Shown here: piece after piece, positions 49,404 to 60,770 of the stretch
Layout of the letters: the number at the start of each line of letters is the position of its first letter
Numbering within the stretch: position 1 is the stretch's first letter
NCBI GenBank assembly: GCA_963830105.1
Contig: CAWHLH010000003.1
Location: 648,646 to 712,645 of the forward strand
Direction: 5' to 3'
DNA: 64,000 nt
Source: an uncultured Gammaproteobacteria bacterium
GTDB lineage: Bacteria; Pseudomonadota; Gammaproteobacteria; DATFLG01
Translations under genes and position numbers: made by a program
Notes under the pieces: model-generated
What the model saw: the letters and a program-made list of their open reading frames with translations, nothing else
The model's database searches: none
What the model was told of the DNA's origin: nothing

Positions 49404-51476
49404 TCAGTGGCTTGACGAATCGCTGTAGAGAAAGCAACGCACCGTTCGGCCGTCCCGCTCGACGGTGCCCGGGTAGCGGTCCCGGCACACAGGCATGGCC
49501 TCGGGACAGCGGGGGTGGAAATGGCAGCCACCCGGGGGTGCCGCCGGCGACGGCAGGTCCCCCTGCAAACGGATCACCTGGCGGCCACTGTCGGGCTCGA
49601 TGGCGGGCACGGCGGACAGCAGGGCCCGCGTATAGGGGTGCAGGGGATGCTCGAGCACCTGGCGCACCGTGCCGTGCTCGACGATGCGGCCCAGATACAT
49701 CACCGCCACCTCGTCGGCCAGGTACCCCACCACCGACAGATCGTGGGTAATGAACAGGTAGGCGAGCCCCAGCGCGTCCTGCAGGCTGCGCAGCAGATTG
49801 AGGATCTGCGCCTGCACGGAGACGTCCAGCGCGCTGGTGGGCTCGTCGCACACCACCAGTTTGGGATTGACCGCCAGGGCCCGTGCAATACAGATACGCT
49901 GGCGCTGCCCCCCGGAGAATTCATGGGGATAACGACCCCGATGTTCGGGCAACAGCCCCACCTGTCCCAGCAGTTCTTCCACCCGGGCACGGCGTTCGGC
50001 GGGCGCCCGAATGACCTTCTGGGCGAGCATGCCTTCCTCGATGATGTCACCGACCCGCATGCGCGGATTCATTGATGAAAATGGATCCTGAAAGATGATC
50101 TGAAAATCGCGGCGCTGCTGACGCAGCGCCCGTCCCCGCAAGCGCGTGAGTTCCGTATCGCGGAAACGCACACTACCGGCAGTGGATCGGATGAGCTGCA
50201 GAATGGCCTTGCCAACCGTCGTCTTGCCGCAGCCGGATTCTCCCACCAGGGCCACCGTTCGACCGCGACCGATGGTCAGGGAGACGCCGTCCACCGCATA
50301 GACATGGCCCACCACCCGCTTGAACACTCCCTTGTGGATAGGGAAGTGCACCTTCAGGTCCTGGACCGCCAGCAGTGCCCCCGTGTCGGTGCGTTGCCGC
50401 GCTGCGCTCGCCGGCGCCGCCGGCGCTTGCGGTTCCCGCTCGGCCCGGTCGGCGAATTTCGGCTCGGCCAGGTGGCAACGCACCCCCTGCCCCATGGCGC
50501 TTTCGATCCAGCGCGGCACCACCGTCCGGCAGGCGTCCCATCCCCGATCGCAGCGCGCCGCAAACCGGCAGCCTTCGAACTCCCGATCCAGCGTGGGCAC
50601 ATTGCCCGCAATGGCACGCAGGGGCTCATCGCGCTTGCTCATGTCCGGCAGAGACTCGAACAGCTTGCGGCTGTAGGGATGGCGGGGGCGCTTGAAGAAC
50701 GTCTCACGATCCGCCAGTTCCACGAGCTGGCCCGCGTACATGACCGCTATCCGGTCCGCCATCTGGGCCACCACCCCAAGGTCGTGGGTGATGAGCAGCA
50801 CCGCCATGCCCATCTGCTGCTGCAGTCGACCCAGCAGCGCCAGCACCTCGGCCTGGATGGTGACGTCCAGGGCGGTGGTGGGCTCGTCAGCGATCAGCAG
50901 ATCGGGATCGCCGGCCAGCGCGATGGCGATCATCACCCGCTGTTTCATGCCGCCGGACAGCTGATGGGGATACTCACCGTAGCGCATGGGCGGATCGGGA
51001 ATTCCCACCGCCTCCAGAAGCTCCAGCACCCGCCGCCGGGCGGCGGCACCGCGCAGGCCCCGGTGGCGGCGCACGCTCTCGTCGATCTGCCGACCGATGG
51101 TGAGCACCGGATTGAGGGATGTCATCGGTTCCTGGAAGATCATGCCGATGTGCCCGCCGCGCACTCCGCGCATGGTGACTTCGGGCAATGTCAGCAGATC
51201 CTGGCCATCCAGCATGATGCGCCCGCCGGCGATGCGCCCTCCCGGTTCGGGCAGCAGGCGCATGATGGACAGGGCGGTCATGGACTTGCCGCACCCGGAC
51301 TCGCCGAGCAAAGCGAAGGTCTCCCCGCGGCGGATGTCGAAGCTGACATCGTCCACCGCCCGCACCGGGCGCTCTGTGCTCCCCAGATGGGTACGCAGGC
51401 CCTGCAGGCTGAGCAGCACATCCCGGGCCGGTGCGTCGGCCACGGCGTCGCGGGGCTGGGCGGTTGGATTTCTCAT
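49404..51476 (-). CDS. Peptide ABC transporter, fused double ATP-binding protein (OppD/F-like)
   Basis: Two NBDs: GESGCGKS / LSGGMKQR and GESGCGKT / FSGGQRQR, each with a C-terminal Cys motif (CRFAARC; CHFHPRC). Confidence 0.93.
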   Translation of the reverse strand: MRNPTAQPRDAVADAPARDVLLSLQGLRTHLGSTERPVRAVDDVSFDIRRGETFALLGESGCGKSMTALSIMRLLPEPGGRIAGGRIMLDGQDLLTLPEVTMRGVRGGHIGMIFQEPMTSLNPVLTIGRQIDESVRRHRGLRGAAARRRVLELLEAVGIPDPPMRYGEYPHQLSGGMKQRVMIAIALAGDPDLLIADEPTTALDVTIQAEVLALLGRLQQQMGMAVLLITHDLGVVAQMADRIAVMYAGQLVELADRETFFKRPRHPYSRKLFESLPDMSKRDEPLRAIAGNVPTLDREFEGCRFAARCDRGWDACRTVVPRWIESAMGQGVRCHLAEPKFADRAEREPQAPAAPASAARQRTDTGALLAVQDLKVHFPIHKGVFKRVVGHVYAVDGVSLTIGRGRTVALVGESGCGKTTVGKAILQLIRSTAGSVRFRDTELTRLRGRALRQQRRDFQIIFQDPFSSMNPRMRVGDIIEEGMLAQKVIRAPAERRARVEELLGQVGLLPEHRGRYPHEFSGGQRQRICIARALAVNPKLVVCDEPTSALDVSVQAQILNLLRSLQDALGLAYLFITHDLSVVGYLADEVAVMYLGRIVEHGTVRQVLEHPLHPYTRALLSAVPAIEPDSGRQVIRLQGDLPSPAAPPGGCHFHPRCPEAMPVCRDRYPGTVERDGRTVRCFLYSDSSSH

Positions 51477-51494
51477 GGGGGTCCTCACTTGGTG

Positions 51495-52934
51495 TCAGCG
51501 CTGCCGCTGCCGGGGATCGAAGGCGTCCTGCACAGCATCGGCAAACAGGTTGGCTGCCAGCACCAAGCCCACCATGAACAGAAACGCCGCCAGCAGGGAC
51601 CACCACACCATGGGATCGCGGGCCATTTCCAGGCGCGCCCGGTTGATCATGTTGCCCCAGCTGTTCATGGTGGGATCCACACCGACCCCCACATAGGACA
51701 GCACCGCCTCCGCCAGCACCAGACCGCTGAAATCCAGCACCACCGAAATCATTACGATGTGCATCACGTTGGGCACCATGTGACGCACCATGATCTTGAA
51801 ATCGCCTACTCCGAAAGCCCGCGCCGCCTGCACGTAGTCGGCCTCCACCAGTTTCAGCGCCTCGCCCCGCAGCAGCCGGCACAGCCCCGTCCAGTTGGTG
51901 ACGCCGAGAATGACGCACAGGCCCAGCAGCCGCACGTCTGCTCGCTGGGTGTTGGTATCGAACATACCCGGATGATTGGCCATGTAGACCTGCAGCATGA
52001 GTACCGCCGCGGCGATCAGCAGCACGCCGGGAATGGAGTTCAGGGTGGTGTACACGTATTGGATGATATCGTCCACCCACCCCCGGAAATAGCCGGCCAT
52101 GATCCCCAGCATGATGGCGAAAGGCAGCATCACGAGAGTGGTCAGGGTTCCGATCACCAGTCCGGTGCGGATACTCTTCAAGGTCTGGTAGTAGACGTCC
52201 TGGCCAACCTTGTCGGTGCCGAACACGTGGTAGTAGGGCGCCAGGTTCACGCTCACCATGACCAGCACAATGACGACCGCCGACACACCCAGCACCACCC
52301 GCCAGGGCACTTCCGTGCGCCCGCGCAGAACGCGCAATGCCATCTCCCGGGCAGTCACATGGTGTCGACGGGCGAGGAAGAGTGACAGCCCGCCCTGCAG
52401 CAGCACCAGCAGCCCCAGGGCCTCCAGCACGCCCCAACCGCTGCGCCGAAGGATGTCCGGGACACGCTGGGTCCCGGGATCGGTCAGCTGGGCGCCGCCG
52501 TACTTCAGACGCGGATAGATCCGCTCCTCGCGCCCGTCCGCCAGGCGCACCGTCTCCTTGACGTAGGAGTAGGCGGCAAACGGCGCCGAATAGGTCTGTT
52601 CCACACCGGTACGTATCGGAGTCAGCAGCAGGTCCAGCACGCTCAGCACCTGCGTGGAATACTGGGTCTGCTGATCGGCGGCAGTGCTTGGCAGCGCAGG
52701 ACGATAGTGCACCGAATCCAGCAGGCCGATGGCCACATAGGCCAGCAGCACCACCAGCGAACCCGCTCCCATGGAACTGCGGATCACCCGGCCCCATTGC
52801 TCGCGCAGGTGCTCCCGGCGCGCGACATACCACCCGAAGGCGATGATACCCGCCACCAGCACGTAGATCAGCGCGTCGGTCCACAGCACCACCGGCTCAA
52901 ACACGGTTGGCTCCCGCACGGCCCGACCGGCCAT
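51495..52934 (-). CDS. Peptide ABC transporter permease (OppC/DppC-like)
   Basis: FGTDKVGQDV, GYFRGWVDD, EAA-like YVQAARAFG, and HMVPN. Confidence 0.92.
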   Translation of the reverse strand: MAGRAVREPTVFEPVVLWTDALIYVLVAGIIAFGWYVARREHLREQWGRVIRSSMGAGSLVVLLAYVAIGLLDSVHYRPALPSTAADQQTQYSTQVLSVLDLLLTPIRTGVEQTYSAPFAAYSYVKETVRLADGREERIYPRLKYGGAQLTDPGTQRVPDILRRSGWGVLEALGLLVLLQGGLSLFLARRHHVTAREMALRVLRGRTEVPWRVVLGVSAVVIVLVMVSVNLAPYYHVFGTDKVGQDVYYQTLKSIRTGLVIGTLTTLVMLPFAIMLGIMAGYFRGWVDDIIQYVYTTLNSIPGVLLIAAAVLMLQVYMANHPGMFDTNTQRADVRLLGLCVILGVTNWTGLCRLLRGEALKLVEADYVQAARAFGVGDFKIMVRHMVPNVMHIVMISVVLDFSGLVLAEAVLSYVGVGVDPTMNSWGNMINRARLEMARDPMVWWSLLAAFLFMVGLVLAANLFADAVQDAFDPRQRQR

Positions 52935-52970
52935 GTTCCCTGAACGGTATGTGCACGCTGTTCATCGTCA

Positions 52971-53948
52971 CTATGACAACCGGATGCGCGGGTCCACCAG
53001 CGTATAGGAAATATCCGTCATGATCAGTCCGATGATGTACATCACCGACCCCAGAAACACCATGGCCCTGACGATGGCGAAGTCCTGACGCTGAATGGCG
53101 TGGATGGTATAGCTGCCCAGGCCGGGTATGCCGAAGAACGACTCCAGGATCAGGCTTCCCATGAACAACAGGGGCAGCACCGCCACCGAGCCCGTGAGGA
53201 TGGGAACCAGGCCGTTCTTCAACACATGGCGGAACATCACCTGATATTCGGCCAGACCTTTTGCCCGGGCGGTGCGTACGTAGTCCTTGCCCATCTCCTC
53301 AAGGAACAAGGTGCGGAACCAGCGTGTCTGGCCGCCGATGCCGCCGACGATCCCGATAACGATGGGAAGCACCACGAACTTGAAGGCATGCAACCCCGGG
53401 CTGTAGCCCGATATGGGCACCAGCCGCAGCACCTTTCCCACCAGATACTGACCCGCGATGACATAGAACAATGCCGAAATGGACATCAGAACCACGCACA
53501 GAACGACCCCCGAGAGGTCGAAGTACGTTCGTCGGAAGAAGGCCAGCAGCAGCGCGAAGGTGACGTAGGTGACCAGTCCGATCACGAACACCGGGATCTG
53601 GATGGCCAGGCTGGGCCACATGCGCTGGCGGATGTCATAACCGATATCGCGCCCACTGTCCGACCGTCCGAACTTGAAGACGAACAACGTGACGGACTTC
53701 TGGAAAAAGATCGTATGGGTGACCTTCTCCAACCCCTGCGCCTTGGCATTGTAGAACAGCGGCTGGTTGTAGCCGTGCTGCTCCTTCCACAGTTCGATCG
53801 CCTGCGGCGTGACGCGGCGCATGCCGAGATGCATGCGCGCCATGTCATTCGGCGTGTTGACCACGAAGAACAATACAAATGTCAGCAGATTGATGCCGAT
53901 CAGGATCGGGATGGCGTACAGCACGCGGCGAACGATGTAGGCGAACAT
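52971..53948 (-). CDS. Peptide ABC transporter permease (OppB/DppB-like)
   Basis: DYVRTARAKGL, RHVLKN and ESFFGIPGLG. Confidence 0.93.
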   Translation of the reverse strand: MFAYIVRRVLYAIPILIGINLLTFVLFFVVNTPNDMARMHLGMRRVTPQAIELWKEQHGYNQPLFYNAKAQGLEKVTHTIFFQKSVTLFVFKFGRSDSGRDIGYDIRQRMWPSLAIQIPVFVIGLVTYVTFALLLAFFRRTYFDLSGVVLCVVLMSISALFYVIAGQYLVGKVLRLVPISGYSPGLHAFKFVVLPIVIGIVGGIGGQTRWFRTLFLEEMGKDYVRTARAKGLAEYQVMFRHVLKNGLVPILTGSVAVLPLLFMGSLILESFFGIPGLGSYTIHAIQRQDFAIVRAMVFLGSVMYIIGLIMTDISYTLVDPRIRLS

Positions 53949-53954
53949 GCGGTC

Positions 53955-56132
53955 TCAGTCCCGTGGGCTACGCGCCGGCGCATGGGCGCGACGCCAGTAG
54001 CTGTAAGAAGCGGGAACCAGCGATCCAACGAGCAGCAGAGCACCCAGCACCAGAGGCCACCAGACAGGCCGGTTCCAGCTGTCGCGCTCCTTGGCACGCA
54101 GCGCAGGGTCGAGCCGCTTGTACTTGAGGCTGTTGTTGGCCATCAGATTGGGCTTCGCGTTGTGATACCAGTTGTGGTAAAGCGAAATGGTCTTCGGATA
54201 GAAGCCCCACACCCAGGGCGAGTCCTTCCATACGATGTCCAGCATCTGGTGAATGATGGCCAACCGGGCCGGACCGTTGTCCATGTTCTTCATGCGATCG
54301 AACAGGGCATTGAACCGCGGGTTGTCATAGTTGGCGGCGTTCTCGCCGTTATGCTGGACCTTTCCGTTCGGACCGTAGAGCAGAAACAGGAAATTCTCCG
54401 GGTCGGGATAGTCGGCATTCCACCCCCACTGGAACAACTGCTCCGTTCCCCTCTGCATCTTGTCCTGGAAGCGGTTGTAGTCGGTGTCGCGGATATCCAA
54501 CTGAATGTCGATCTTGTTGAACTGCTTGCGCATCCAGTCGTATTGGGCTTTCGCGTCCGGACCGCCTCCCGGGGTATCCAGGTGCAACAGCAAAGGCGCA
54601 CCGGTCTTGGCATCGCGCCCGTCCGGATAGCCCGCCTCCGCCAGCAGGCGCCTGGCCACGGCGATGGCCTTGCGCTGGGGTCCGTCCGCTGTCCAGTTGT
54701 AGACAAAGGGATCGATCCCGTCCTTGCCTGCCTGATAACCGAAGATTCCCGGCGGGATCGGACCCTGGGCCGCGACGCCCTGGCCGTTCAGAAATATGGA
54801 AATGTAGTCCTCGTAGTTCAGCGCAATGGAGATGGCCTGGCGCAGCTTGCGCGCACGCTCGCTGTAGCCCCCGACCACCGGATCGAGCATGTTGAATCCG
54901 AGATAGTAGATGGACGGCGCCACGGCCGTCTCCATCTTGATGTGCTTCCTGCGCATCGCCTCGGTCAGCGCAAGCTCGCCGCCCGAGCCGATGCGGATGG
55001 CCTGATCGAAGCTATCGCTGGTCAACCCCGACACGTCATAGTAACCCTGCAGGAACTTGTTCCAATAGGGAATGCTTTCCTGCTCCAGACTGAACACCAC
55101 CTTGTTGATGAACGGCAGGCGCCGGCCGGCATCGGCAAGCAGGCCGGCTTTGGCGTCGCCGGGTTCGCCCTCGGAGGGGTAGCGTTCGTCGTGAAAGTCG
55201 GGATTGCGCGCCAGCACCATCTGCCGGTTCGGATTGTTGATGGTCATCATGTAGGGGCCCGATCCCACCGGATACCAGTCCAGGGAAATGTTGCGTTCAT
55301 CCAGACCCGGCTGGCTGTAGAATTGCACAGCCTCATGGGGCATGGGCGCGAAAAACGGCATGGCCAGCCAGTAGCGAAACTGCGGATACTTGCCCCGGAT
55401 GGTGATCTGATAGCTGTAACGGCCGGTGACCTTCGCGCCCGGCAGAGAATATTTGTCCAGATCCAGATAACCCTGCCCGCCCGGGGACTGGCGCACTTGG
55501 CGGAGTGTGTGGGCGAGCTTCTTCAGGCCGACGATGTACTCGCTCATCAGGCCATAGATGGGACACTGGACCCTGGGGTCTGCCAGACGCTTGATCTCGT
55601 ATACGAAGTCCGCCGCGGTGACCTCCCGGGTGCCGGTGTGCTTGAAGTCGCCGAGGGTGTGGATACCGGCCAGCCGGTCGGGCTTGAGATGCAGGTACCG
55701 GGGCTTGCCGTCGGGGCCGAGCGCGAAAGCCGGATGGGGCTGGTAACGCATCCCGGGACGGATTTGGATGTGGTAAACGGTGTAGGCGATGGAAGACACC
55801 GGCGCGTCGGGGGGCAGCGGCCGGCCCTCGGCGTCAAGGTAGGTGCGTGTCGGCATGCCGGCGGCCGCCAGCGGCACCAGCGTGTACGGCCTCTTGAGAT
55901 ACTGGTACTCCAGCGGCGGCTCGTAGATTTGGGAGATCACCTGATATTCGTTGGAACTGTAGGCGCGCGCCGGGTCCAGGTGCTTGGGCCGTTCCTGGAA
56001 CCCCAGATACAGGGTATTCTGCCGCGCCTGGGAGCGGGGATAGGGATCGTTCCAGGGCTGCTTCGAACAGGCGCCCAGAGCCACCAGTAGCAGCAACACC
56101 CACCAGCGCCGGCTTACCTTTAAGCCACCCAT
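53955..56132 (-). CDS. Peptide ABC transporter substrate-binding lipoprotein (SBP family 5)
   Basis: Lipobox LGAC, LDPARAY, IYEPPL, VGSGPY, LRQAISIA and WNADYPDPENF. Confidence 0.92.
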   Translation of the reverse strand: MGGLKVSRRWWVLLLLVALGACSKQPWNDPYPRSQARQNTLYLGFQERPKHLDPARAYSSNEYQVISQIYEPPLEYQYLKRPYTLVPLAAAGMPTRTYLDAEGRPLPPDAPVSSIAYTVYHIQIRPGMRYQPHPAFALGPDGKPRYLHLKPDRLAGIHTLGDFKHTGTREVTAADFVYEIKRLADPRVQCPIYGLMSEYIVGLKKLAHTLRQVRQSPGGQGYLDLDKYSLPGAKVTGRYSYQITIRGKYPQFRYWLAMPFFAPMPHEAVQFYSQPGLDERNISLDWYPVGSGPYMMTINNPNRQMVLARNPDFHDERYPSEGEPGDAKAGLLADAGRRLPFINKVVFSLEQESIPYWNKFLQGYYDVSGLTSDSFDQAIRIGSGGELALTEAMRRKHIKMETAVAPSIYYLGFNMLDPVVGGYSERARKLRQAISIALNYEDYISIFLNGQGVAAQGPIPPGIFGYQAGKDGIDPFVYNWTADGPQRKAIAVARRLLAEAGYPDGRDAKTGAPLLLHLDTPGGGPDAKAQYDWMRKQFNKIDIQLDIRDTDYNRFQDKMQRGTEQLFQWGWNADYPDPENFLFLLYGPNGKVQHNGENAANYDNPRFNALFDRMKNMDNGPARLAIIHQMLDIVWKDSPWVWGFYPKTISLYHNWYHNAKPNLMANNSLKYKRLDPALRAKERDSWNRPVWWPLVLGALLLVGSLVPASYSYWRRAHAPARSPRD

Positions 56133-56411
56133 GGATTTCCCAGTGAACGAGCCGAAAGATGTGCTGAATGGGCGGGCACTGAGCGGACAGGTGTACCTGC
56201 ACCATGTAGCCGGGCACCCCGCCCCAACCGCCCGGCGGCGATCCCATGATCGCTCCCATTATAGCCACCTGCAGCCGCTAGCACAGTCAACCGCTCTTCC
56301 CGTCGTCTCCGAATTCCGGTACCTTACGTGGCGGCGCCCGAGATTTCCATACGGGAGGGGGAGGCGCCGCTCGAATGCCCTCTGCATCTGACAGCACCGA
56401 CGAGAAAAGCC

Positions 56412-57206
56412 ATGGGATTTCTGAACGGCAAACGCGCGCTGATCGTGGGATTGGCCAGCAATCGGTCCATCGCCTGGGGGATCGCCCAAGCCATGCATCG
56501 CGAGGGCGCCGAACTGGCGTTCACCTACCAGAACGAGAAACTTCGCGACCGGGTGGAGAAGATGGCTGCCGAATGCGGCTCCGAGATCACCGTTCCCTGC
56601 GATGTGAGCAGCGACGAAGAGATCGAAGCCGTTTTCGAGCATCTGGACGACTACTGGGAACACCTGGACATCATCGTTCATTCCGTGGCGTTCGCTCCGA
56701 AGGACCAGTTGGAAGGCGATTATCTGGACAGCGTCAGCCGTGAAGGGTTCCGGATCGCCCATGAAATCAGCTCCTACAGCTTCGCGGCTCTGGCCAAAGC
56801 CGGGTGCAAGATGATGGAGGGACGCGACGGCGCCCTGCTGACGCTGAGCTACCTGGGCGCCGAACGCGCCATGCCGAACTACAATGTCATGGGCCTCGCC
56901 AAGGCGAGCCTGGAAGCCAACGTTCGCTATCTCGCCCAAAGCCTGGGGCCGGATGGTATCCGGGTGAATGCCGTCTCGGCCGGCCCGATTCGCACGCTGG
57001 CGGCGGCAGGTATCGGAAACTTCCGCAAAATGCTGGACCACGTTCAGAAGACCGCGCCGTTGCGGCGCAACGTGACCATCGACCAGGTGGGCAACGCCGG
57101 TGCGTTTCTATGCTCCGACCTGGCGGCGGGCGTCACCGGGGAGATTCTCTACGTGGACTCCGGCTACAACACCATCGGCATGGGCCCCCTCGACACCGCC
57201 GACTGA
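56412..57206 (+). CDS. fabI: Enoyl-ACP reductase FabI
   Basis: [35 protein letters not shown] and [10 protein letters not shown]. Confidence 0.97.
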   Translation: MGFLNGKRALIVGLASNRSIAWGIAQAMHREGAELAFTYQNEKLRDRVEKMAAECGSEITVPCDVSSDEEIEAVFEHLDDYWEHLDIIVHSVAFAPKDQLEGDYLDSVSREGFRIAHEISSYSFAALAKAGCKMMEGRDGALLTLSYLGAERAMPNYNVMGLAKASLEANVRYLAQSLGPDGIRVNAVSAGPIRTLAAAGIGNFRKMLDHVQKTAPLRRNVTIDQVGNAGAFLCSDLAAGVTGEILYVDSGYNTIGMGPLDTAD

Positions 57207-57210
57207 GTGC

Positions 57211-58527
57211 TCAGCCGCGCGCCGCCCCCCCGGCGCTTGGGGCCAACACGCCGCTTTCTCCTTCCAACCGTGCCACCAGCACGGCGCCGCACGAGTCGCT
57301 GAAAACGTTCACCGCCGTGCGAAACATGTCCAGAATCCGATCCACCGCCAGGATCAGCCCGATCGCCTCCGCCGGCAGGCCGATGGCCGCCAGAATGACC
57401 GTGATGGCCACCAGACTGGCCGCCGGCACGGCCGCCACCCCGATGGATGTCAGCAGCGCAATGAGTACAACGGTGAATTGAGTCCCCACACTCAAATCGA
57501 TACCGTAGGCCTGAGCGATGAACATGGCGGCAACGCACTCGTACAGTGCCGTTCCATCCATATTGACGGTTGCCCCCAAAGGCAGAACGAAGCTGGTCGT
57601 GCGGTTCGAGACGCCTGCGTTCTTTTCCACGCACTCCATGGTCAACGGCAGGGTAGCCGACGATGACGCTGTCGAAAAGGCCGTGAGCAGCGCCGGTGCC
57701 ATGGCCCGGTAGTGGCGCAGGGGATTCACACGCGCGACCAGCCTCAACAACAGTGGCAGCGTAATCAGCGCGTGCACCGCGAGCGCCAGCAGCACGGTCA
57801 GGGTGAAGGTCCCCAGGCTCCGGGCCAGCGCGTGCAGTTCCTCGGGCTGGATGCCGGCAACGACCTTGGCCACCAGGGCGAATACGCCGATGGGCGCGAA
57901 TACCATCACCCAATCGGTGATGCGCATCATCACCTGAAACATCGCCTGCCAGAAATTGAAGAGCGTCTCGGCGTAAGGCTCCTCTATCCGGGCGATGAAA
58001 TAGCCGAACAGAATGCTGAAGAAAATCAGGCCCAGCATCTGGCCGTTGGCTGCAGCCGCGACCACGTTGGGCGGCACCATGCTCAACACGATGCCGGCGA
58101 GGTCGGACGCGCCGTGGCCGTGCACCTTGGCAGCGGCGGCTGCAGCCTGCTCGCTGCTAAGACCCAGCACCGCCCTGGCCGGATGACCGTCGATGAGGCC
58201 TGGAGACAGGAGATTCACGAACAGCAGGCCGACCAGAATCGCAAGCAGACTGGTGGTCAAATAGTAAGCGACCGTCTTTCCGCCCAGACGACCCAGGCCC
58301 TGGCCGCCTCCGATTCCTGCAACACCGGTAATGATGGACGACACGATCAGGGGAACGATCAGCATCTTCAACGCGTTCATGAACAGGGTGCCGAGAAATC
58401 CATACACCCCGTAGAACGTCACCCCGAACAGCCCCGCACCGGTACCGCTCAGACGCCCCGCCACGACCGCCAGCACCAGCGCAATCAGGATCTGCCAATG
58501 CAGCTTCAGCCTTGGCCGTCCGGCCAC
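57211..58527 (-). CDS. Dicarboxylate/amino acid:cation symporter (DAACS/GltP family)
   Basis: LKMLIVPL, AFSTASSSATLP, LPLGATVNMDGT and DRILDMFRTAVNV. Confidence 0.93.
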   Translation of the reverse strand: MAGRPRLKLHWQILIALVLAVVAGRLSGTGAGLFGVTFYGVYGFLGTLFMNALKMLIVPLIVSSIITGVAGIGGGQGLGRLGGKTVAYYLTTSLLAILVGLLFVNLLSPGLIDGHPARAVLGLSSEQAAAAAAKVHGHGASDLAGIVLSMVPPNVVAAAANGQMLGLIFFSILFGYFIARIEEPYAETLFNFWQAMFQVMMRITDWVMVFAPIGVFALVAKVVAGIQPEELHALARSLGTFTLTVLLALAVHALITLPLLLRLVARVNPLRHYRAMAPALLTAFSTASSSATLPLTMECVEKNAGVSNRTTSFVLPLGATVNMDGTALYECVAAMFIAQAYGIDLSVGTQFTVVLIALLTSIGVAAVPAASLVAITVILAAIGLPAEAIGLILAVDRILDMFRTAVNVFSDSCGAVLVARLEGESGVLAPSAGGAARG

Positions 58528-58578
58528 CTTACCCCCTGGCGCTCACGAAGGATGCGGCGCTAGTATAACTGTTGCACG

Positions 58579-60498
58579 CTATCCTTGATCGCCCTGCGCG
58601 CTCTTGGGAATGTCTATCTTCGCATTCTTCTTGAGTTCGTCGATCAGGGCAGTGAATTCCATCTTCCCGTAGAAGTTGTCCACACTCTTGCGCAGCTTCG
58701 CCCGCTCGTCCTTGGAGAGTTTCTTCGGATCGCCGTCCCGCACGGCACTCACCTGCACCAGCGCGTAACCGTCCGCCCCCAAAGCAAGGCCTGCATTGCT
58801 GGCGCTTCCCGGCGCCGGGTGCGGAAGCTCGAAGGCTTTGGTGACGATGGGGCCCGGATCATTGGCGTCGCTTCGCTTGATGAACCCCGGATCCATCACC
58901 TTCACGTCCAGTTCCTTCGCTATCGCGTCCAGGGTGGCGCCCTTTTCGAGCTTCGCCACCATGGCCTCGCCTTCCTTGCGTGCAATGGCCTGTTCCTGCT
59001 GCGATCGCAACAGGGCTGCGATCTTGTCGTGCACTTCCTGCAGGGAAAGCTGCTTGGCCGGCTCGTTCGCTGCATCCCTCAGCACCACCAGATGGTTCTT
59101 GCCGAGGGTGATCGGATCGCTGTTGTTGCCCCTGCTCAACACGCCGTGGCCGAAGGCCGCTGCGCGGATCTTCGGATCTTTGGCGATACCGGCTCCCTGA
59201 TCCCGCGTGATCCAGTCCGTGTTTTTGATGGGCAGCCCCAGCGCTTTGGCTGCGGGCTCCAGAGTGTCCGGATGCTCGAAGGTCAGGTTGGCCAGTTTCT
59301 CCTGCTTGTCGTAGAAGTCGTTTTCCGCCTTCTGCCGGCGCAACTGCTCGGCCAGCTGGCTACGGACTTCGGCAAACGACTGCTGCTGGGCCGAACGTAT
59401 ACCGGTCACCTCAATGATGTGAAAGCCGTACTGGGTACGCACCAGACCGCTGATCTGGTCCTTCTTCAGGGAGAAAACGGCCTTGTCGAACGGCGGGACC
59501 ATCATGCCCTGTTGGATCCATCCCAGGCTGCCGCCCTGCTTGGCGGACCCGGGGTCGTCCGAATCCTTCTTCGCAAGCTCGGCGAACGATGCACCCGAAT
59601 GCAGCTTCTTGAGAATGTCTTCCGCCTTCTTGTGCGCGGTGTCCACGGCGGCCTTGTCGGCATCCTTGGGCACCGCAATGAGAATATGCCGCACCTGCCG
59701 CTGGGCCGGGGTCATGAACTGGCTCTTTTGATTTTCGTACGCCTGCTTCACAGCCTCCTCGCTCACCTTCTCCTTGGAGGCAATTTCGTCCACGTCCAGT
59801 TCGAGGTAGGCAATCTTCGCCTTGGCGGGAGCCATGAACTGCGATTGGTGCTGCTTGTAGTAGCTGGCGATCTCCTCATCCGAGACCTTGACCTGGGACT
59901 TGAAATGTTCGGAGGGGATTACGAGGTAGGCCACCTTGCGCTCCTGACCCTGCAGGGCGTAGACGCGGTTCAGTCCATCGTCGCTGACCGATGCCGTATC
60001 GACAATGCCCGCGGCCAGCTGATTGATCAGCAACGAGCGGCGCATCTGTGCCTCGAATGCGGGGACAGGCAGCCCTTGGCGGGAAAGCAGTTGCTGATAA
60101 CGAGCCTCGGAGAATTTGCCCTTTTCCTGAAACGCTTCCATCGATCGGATACGCGCCGCCAGCAGCGGGCGGCTTACGGTCATGCCGGCCTTGTCCGCTG
60201 CCTGGACCAGCAACTCCTGCTCTATCAACTGGTCCAGCACCCGCTTCCTCAAGTCCTTGTCCTTGACCAGCGAGTCGTAGTTGTCGCCGAGCGCGCGGCG
60301 CAGCCGCTGGCGCTGATTTTGAAGGGCGCGCTGTAACTCGGGAACGCCTATTTCGACCCCGTTCACCTGAGCGGCATAGATCTTCGCCTCGCTCTTGACG
60401 TAGGAATCGATACCCCACAGCGCAAACACAAGCACCAACGCACCAACGATAATCCAGGCGATCCAGCCGGTGATCCTGTCGTGCATAGCCTGCAGCAT
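58579..60498 (-). CDS. ppiD: Periplasmic chaperone/PPIase PpiD (SurA N-terminal plus parvulin domain)
   Basis: N-terminal TM segment, VRHILI, FAELAKKDSDDPGSAKQGGSLG and VRTQYGFHII. Synteny with lon-hupB. Confidence 0.93.
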   Translation of the reverse strand: MLQAMHDRITGWIAWIIVGALVLVFALWGIDSYVKSEAKIYAAQVNGVEIGVPELQRALQNQRQRLRRALGDNYDSLVKDKDLRKRVLDQLIEQELLVQAADKAGMTVSRPLLAARIRSMEAFQEKGKFSEARYQQLLSRQGLPVPAFEAQMRRSLLINQLAAGIVDTASVSDDGLNRVYALQGQERKVAYLVIPSEHFKSQVKVSDEEIASYYKQHQSQFMAPAKAKIAYLELDVDEIASKEKVSEEAVKQAYENQKSQFMTPAQRQVRHILIAVPKDADKAAVDTAHKKAEDILKKLHSGASFAELAKKDSDDPGSAKQGGSLGWIQQGMMVPPFDKAVFSLKKDQISGLVRTQYGFHIIEVTGIRSAQQQSFAEVRSQLAEQLRRQKAENDFYDKQEKLANLTFEHPDTLEPAAKALGLPIKNTDWITRDQGAGIAKDPKIRAAAFGHGVLSRGNNSDPITLGKNHLVVLRDAANEPAKQLSLQEVHDKIAALLRSQQEQAIARKEGEAMVAKLEKGATLDAIAKELDVKVMDPGFIKRSDANDPGPIVTKAFELPHPAPGSASNAGLALGADGYALVQVSAVRDGDPKKLSKDERAKLRKSVDNFYGKMEFTALIDELKKNAKIDIPKSAQGDQG

Positions 60499-60525
60499 GA
60501 GCGAGCTCTCGCAGATAGTAGTTGT

Positions 60526-60547
60526 TAGGGCCTGTTAACAGGCCCTA
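60526..60547. repeat. Perfect 22-bp palindrome TAGGGCCTGTTAACAGGCCCTA
   Basis: Self-complementary, flanked by TTAG/CTAG. Confidence 0.8.
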
Positions 60548-60565
60548 GTTCGTCTGACAACACAA

Positions 60566-60600
60566 AGCAGAAGGGCGCCCCTCAAGGGCGCCCTTCTGCT
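60566..60600 (-). terminator. Terminator hairpin after tRNA-Asp
   Basis: 15-bp perfect stem AGCAGAAGGGCGCCC-CTCAA-GGGCGCCCTTCTGCT, with TTT following on the minus strand. Confidence 0.8.
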
Positions 60601-60606
60601 TCGATA

Positions 60607-60683
60607 TGGCGGAGTGGACGGGACTCGAACCCGCGACCCCCGGCGTGACAGGCCGGTATTCTAACCAGCTGAACTACCACTCC
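60607..60683 (-). tRNA. tRNA-Asp (GTC)
   Basis: Reverse complement reads GGAGTGGTAGTTCAGCTGGTTAGAATACCGGCCTGTCACGCCGGGGGTCGCGGGTTCGAGTCCCGTCCACTCCGCCA. Confidence 0.97.
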
Positions 60684-60770
60684 TAAATCTGATTGAGGCA
60701 TGTGATGGTTGGTGGACTGAACCTTGAAGCTTCGCCACCCTCCGCTACCTGCCTAACCATGCGCGCCCCT

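Noticed and set aside
53100-56090. 996-aa ORF on the + strand
   Set aside because: Antisense shadow of the ABC permease and SBP genes. Long stop-free antisense frames are expected at high GC with strong codon bias, and no motifs are present.
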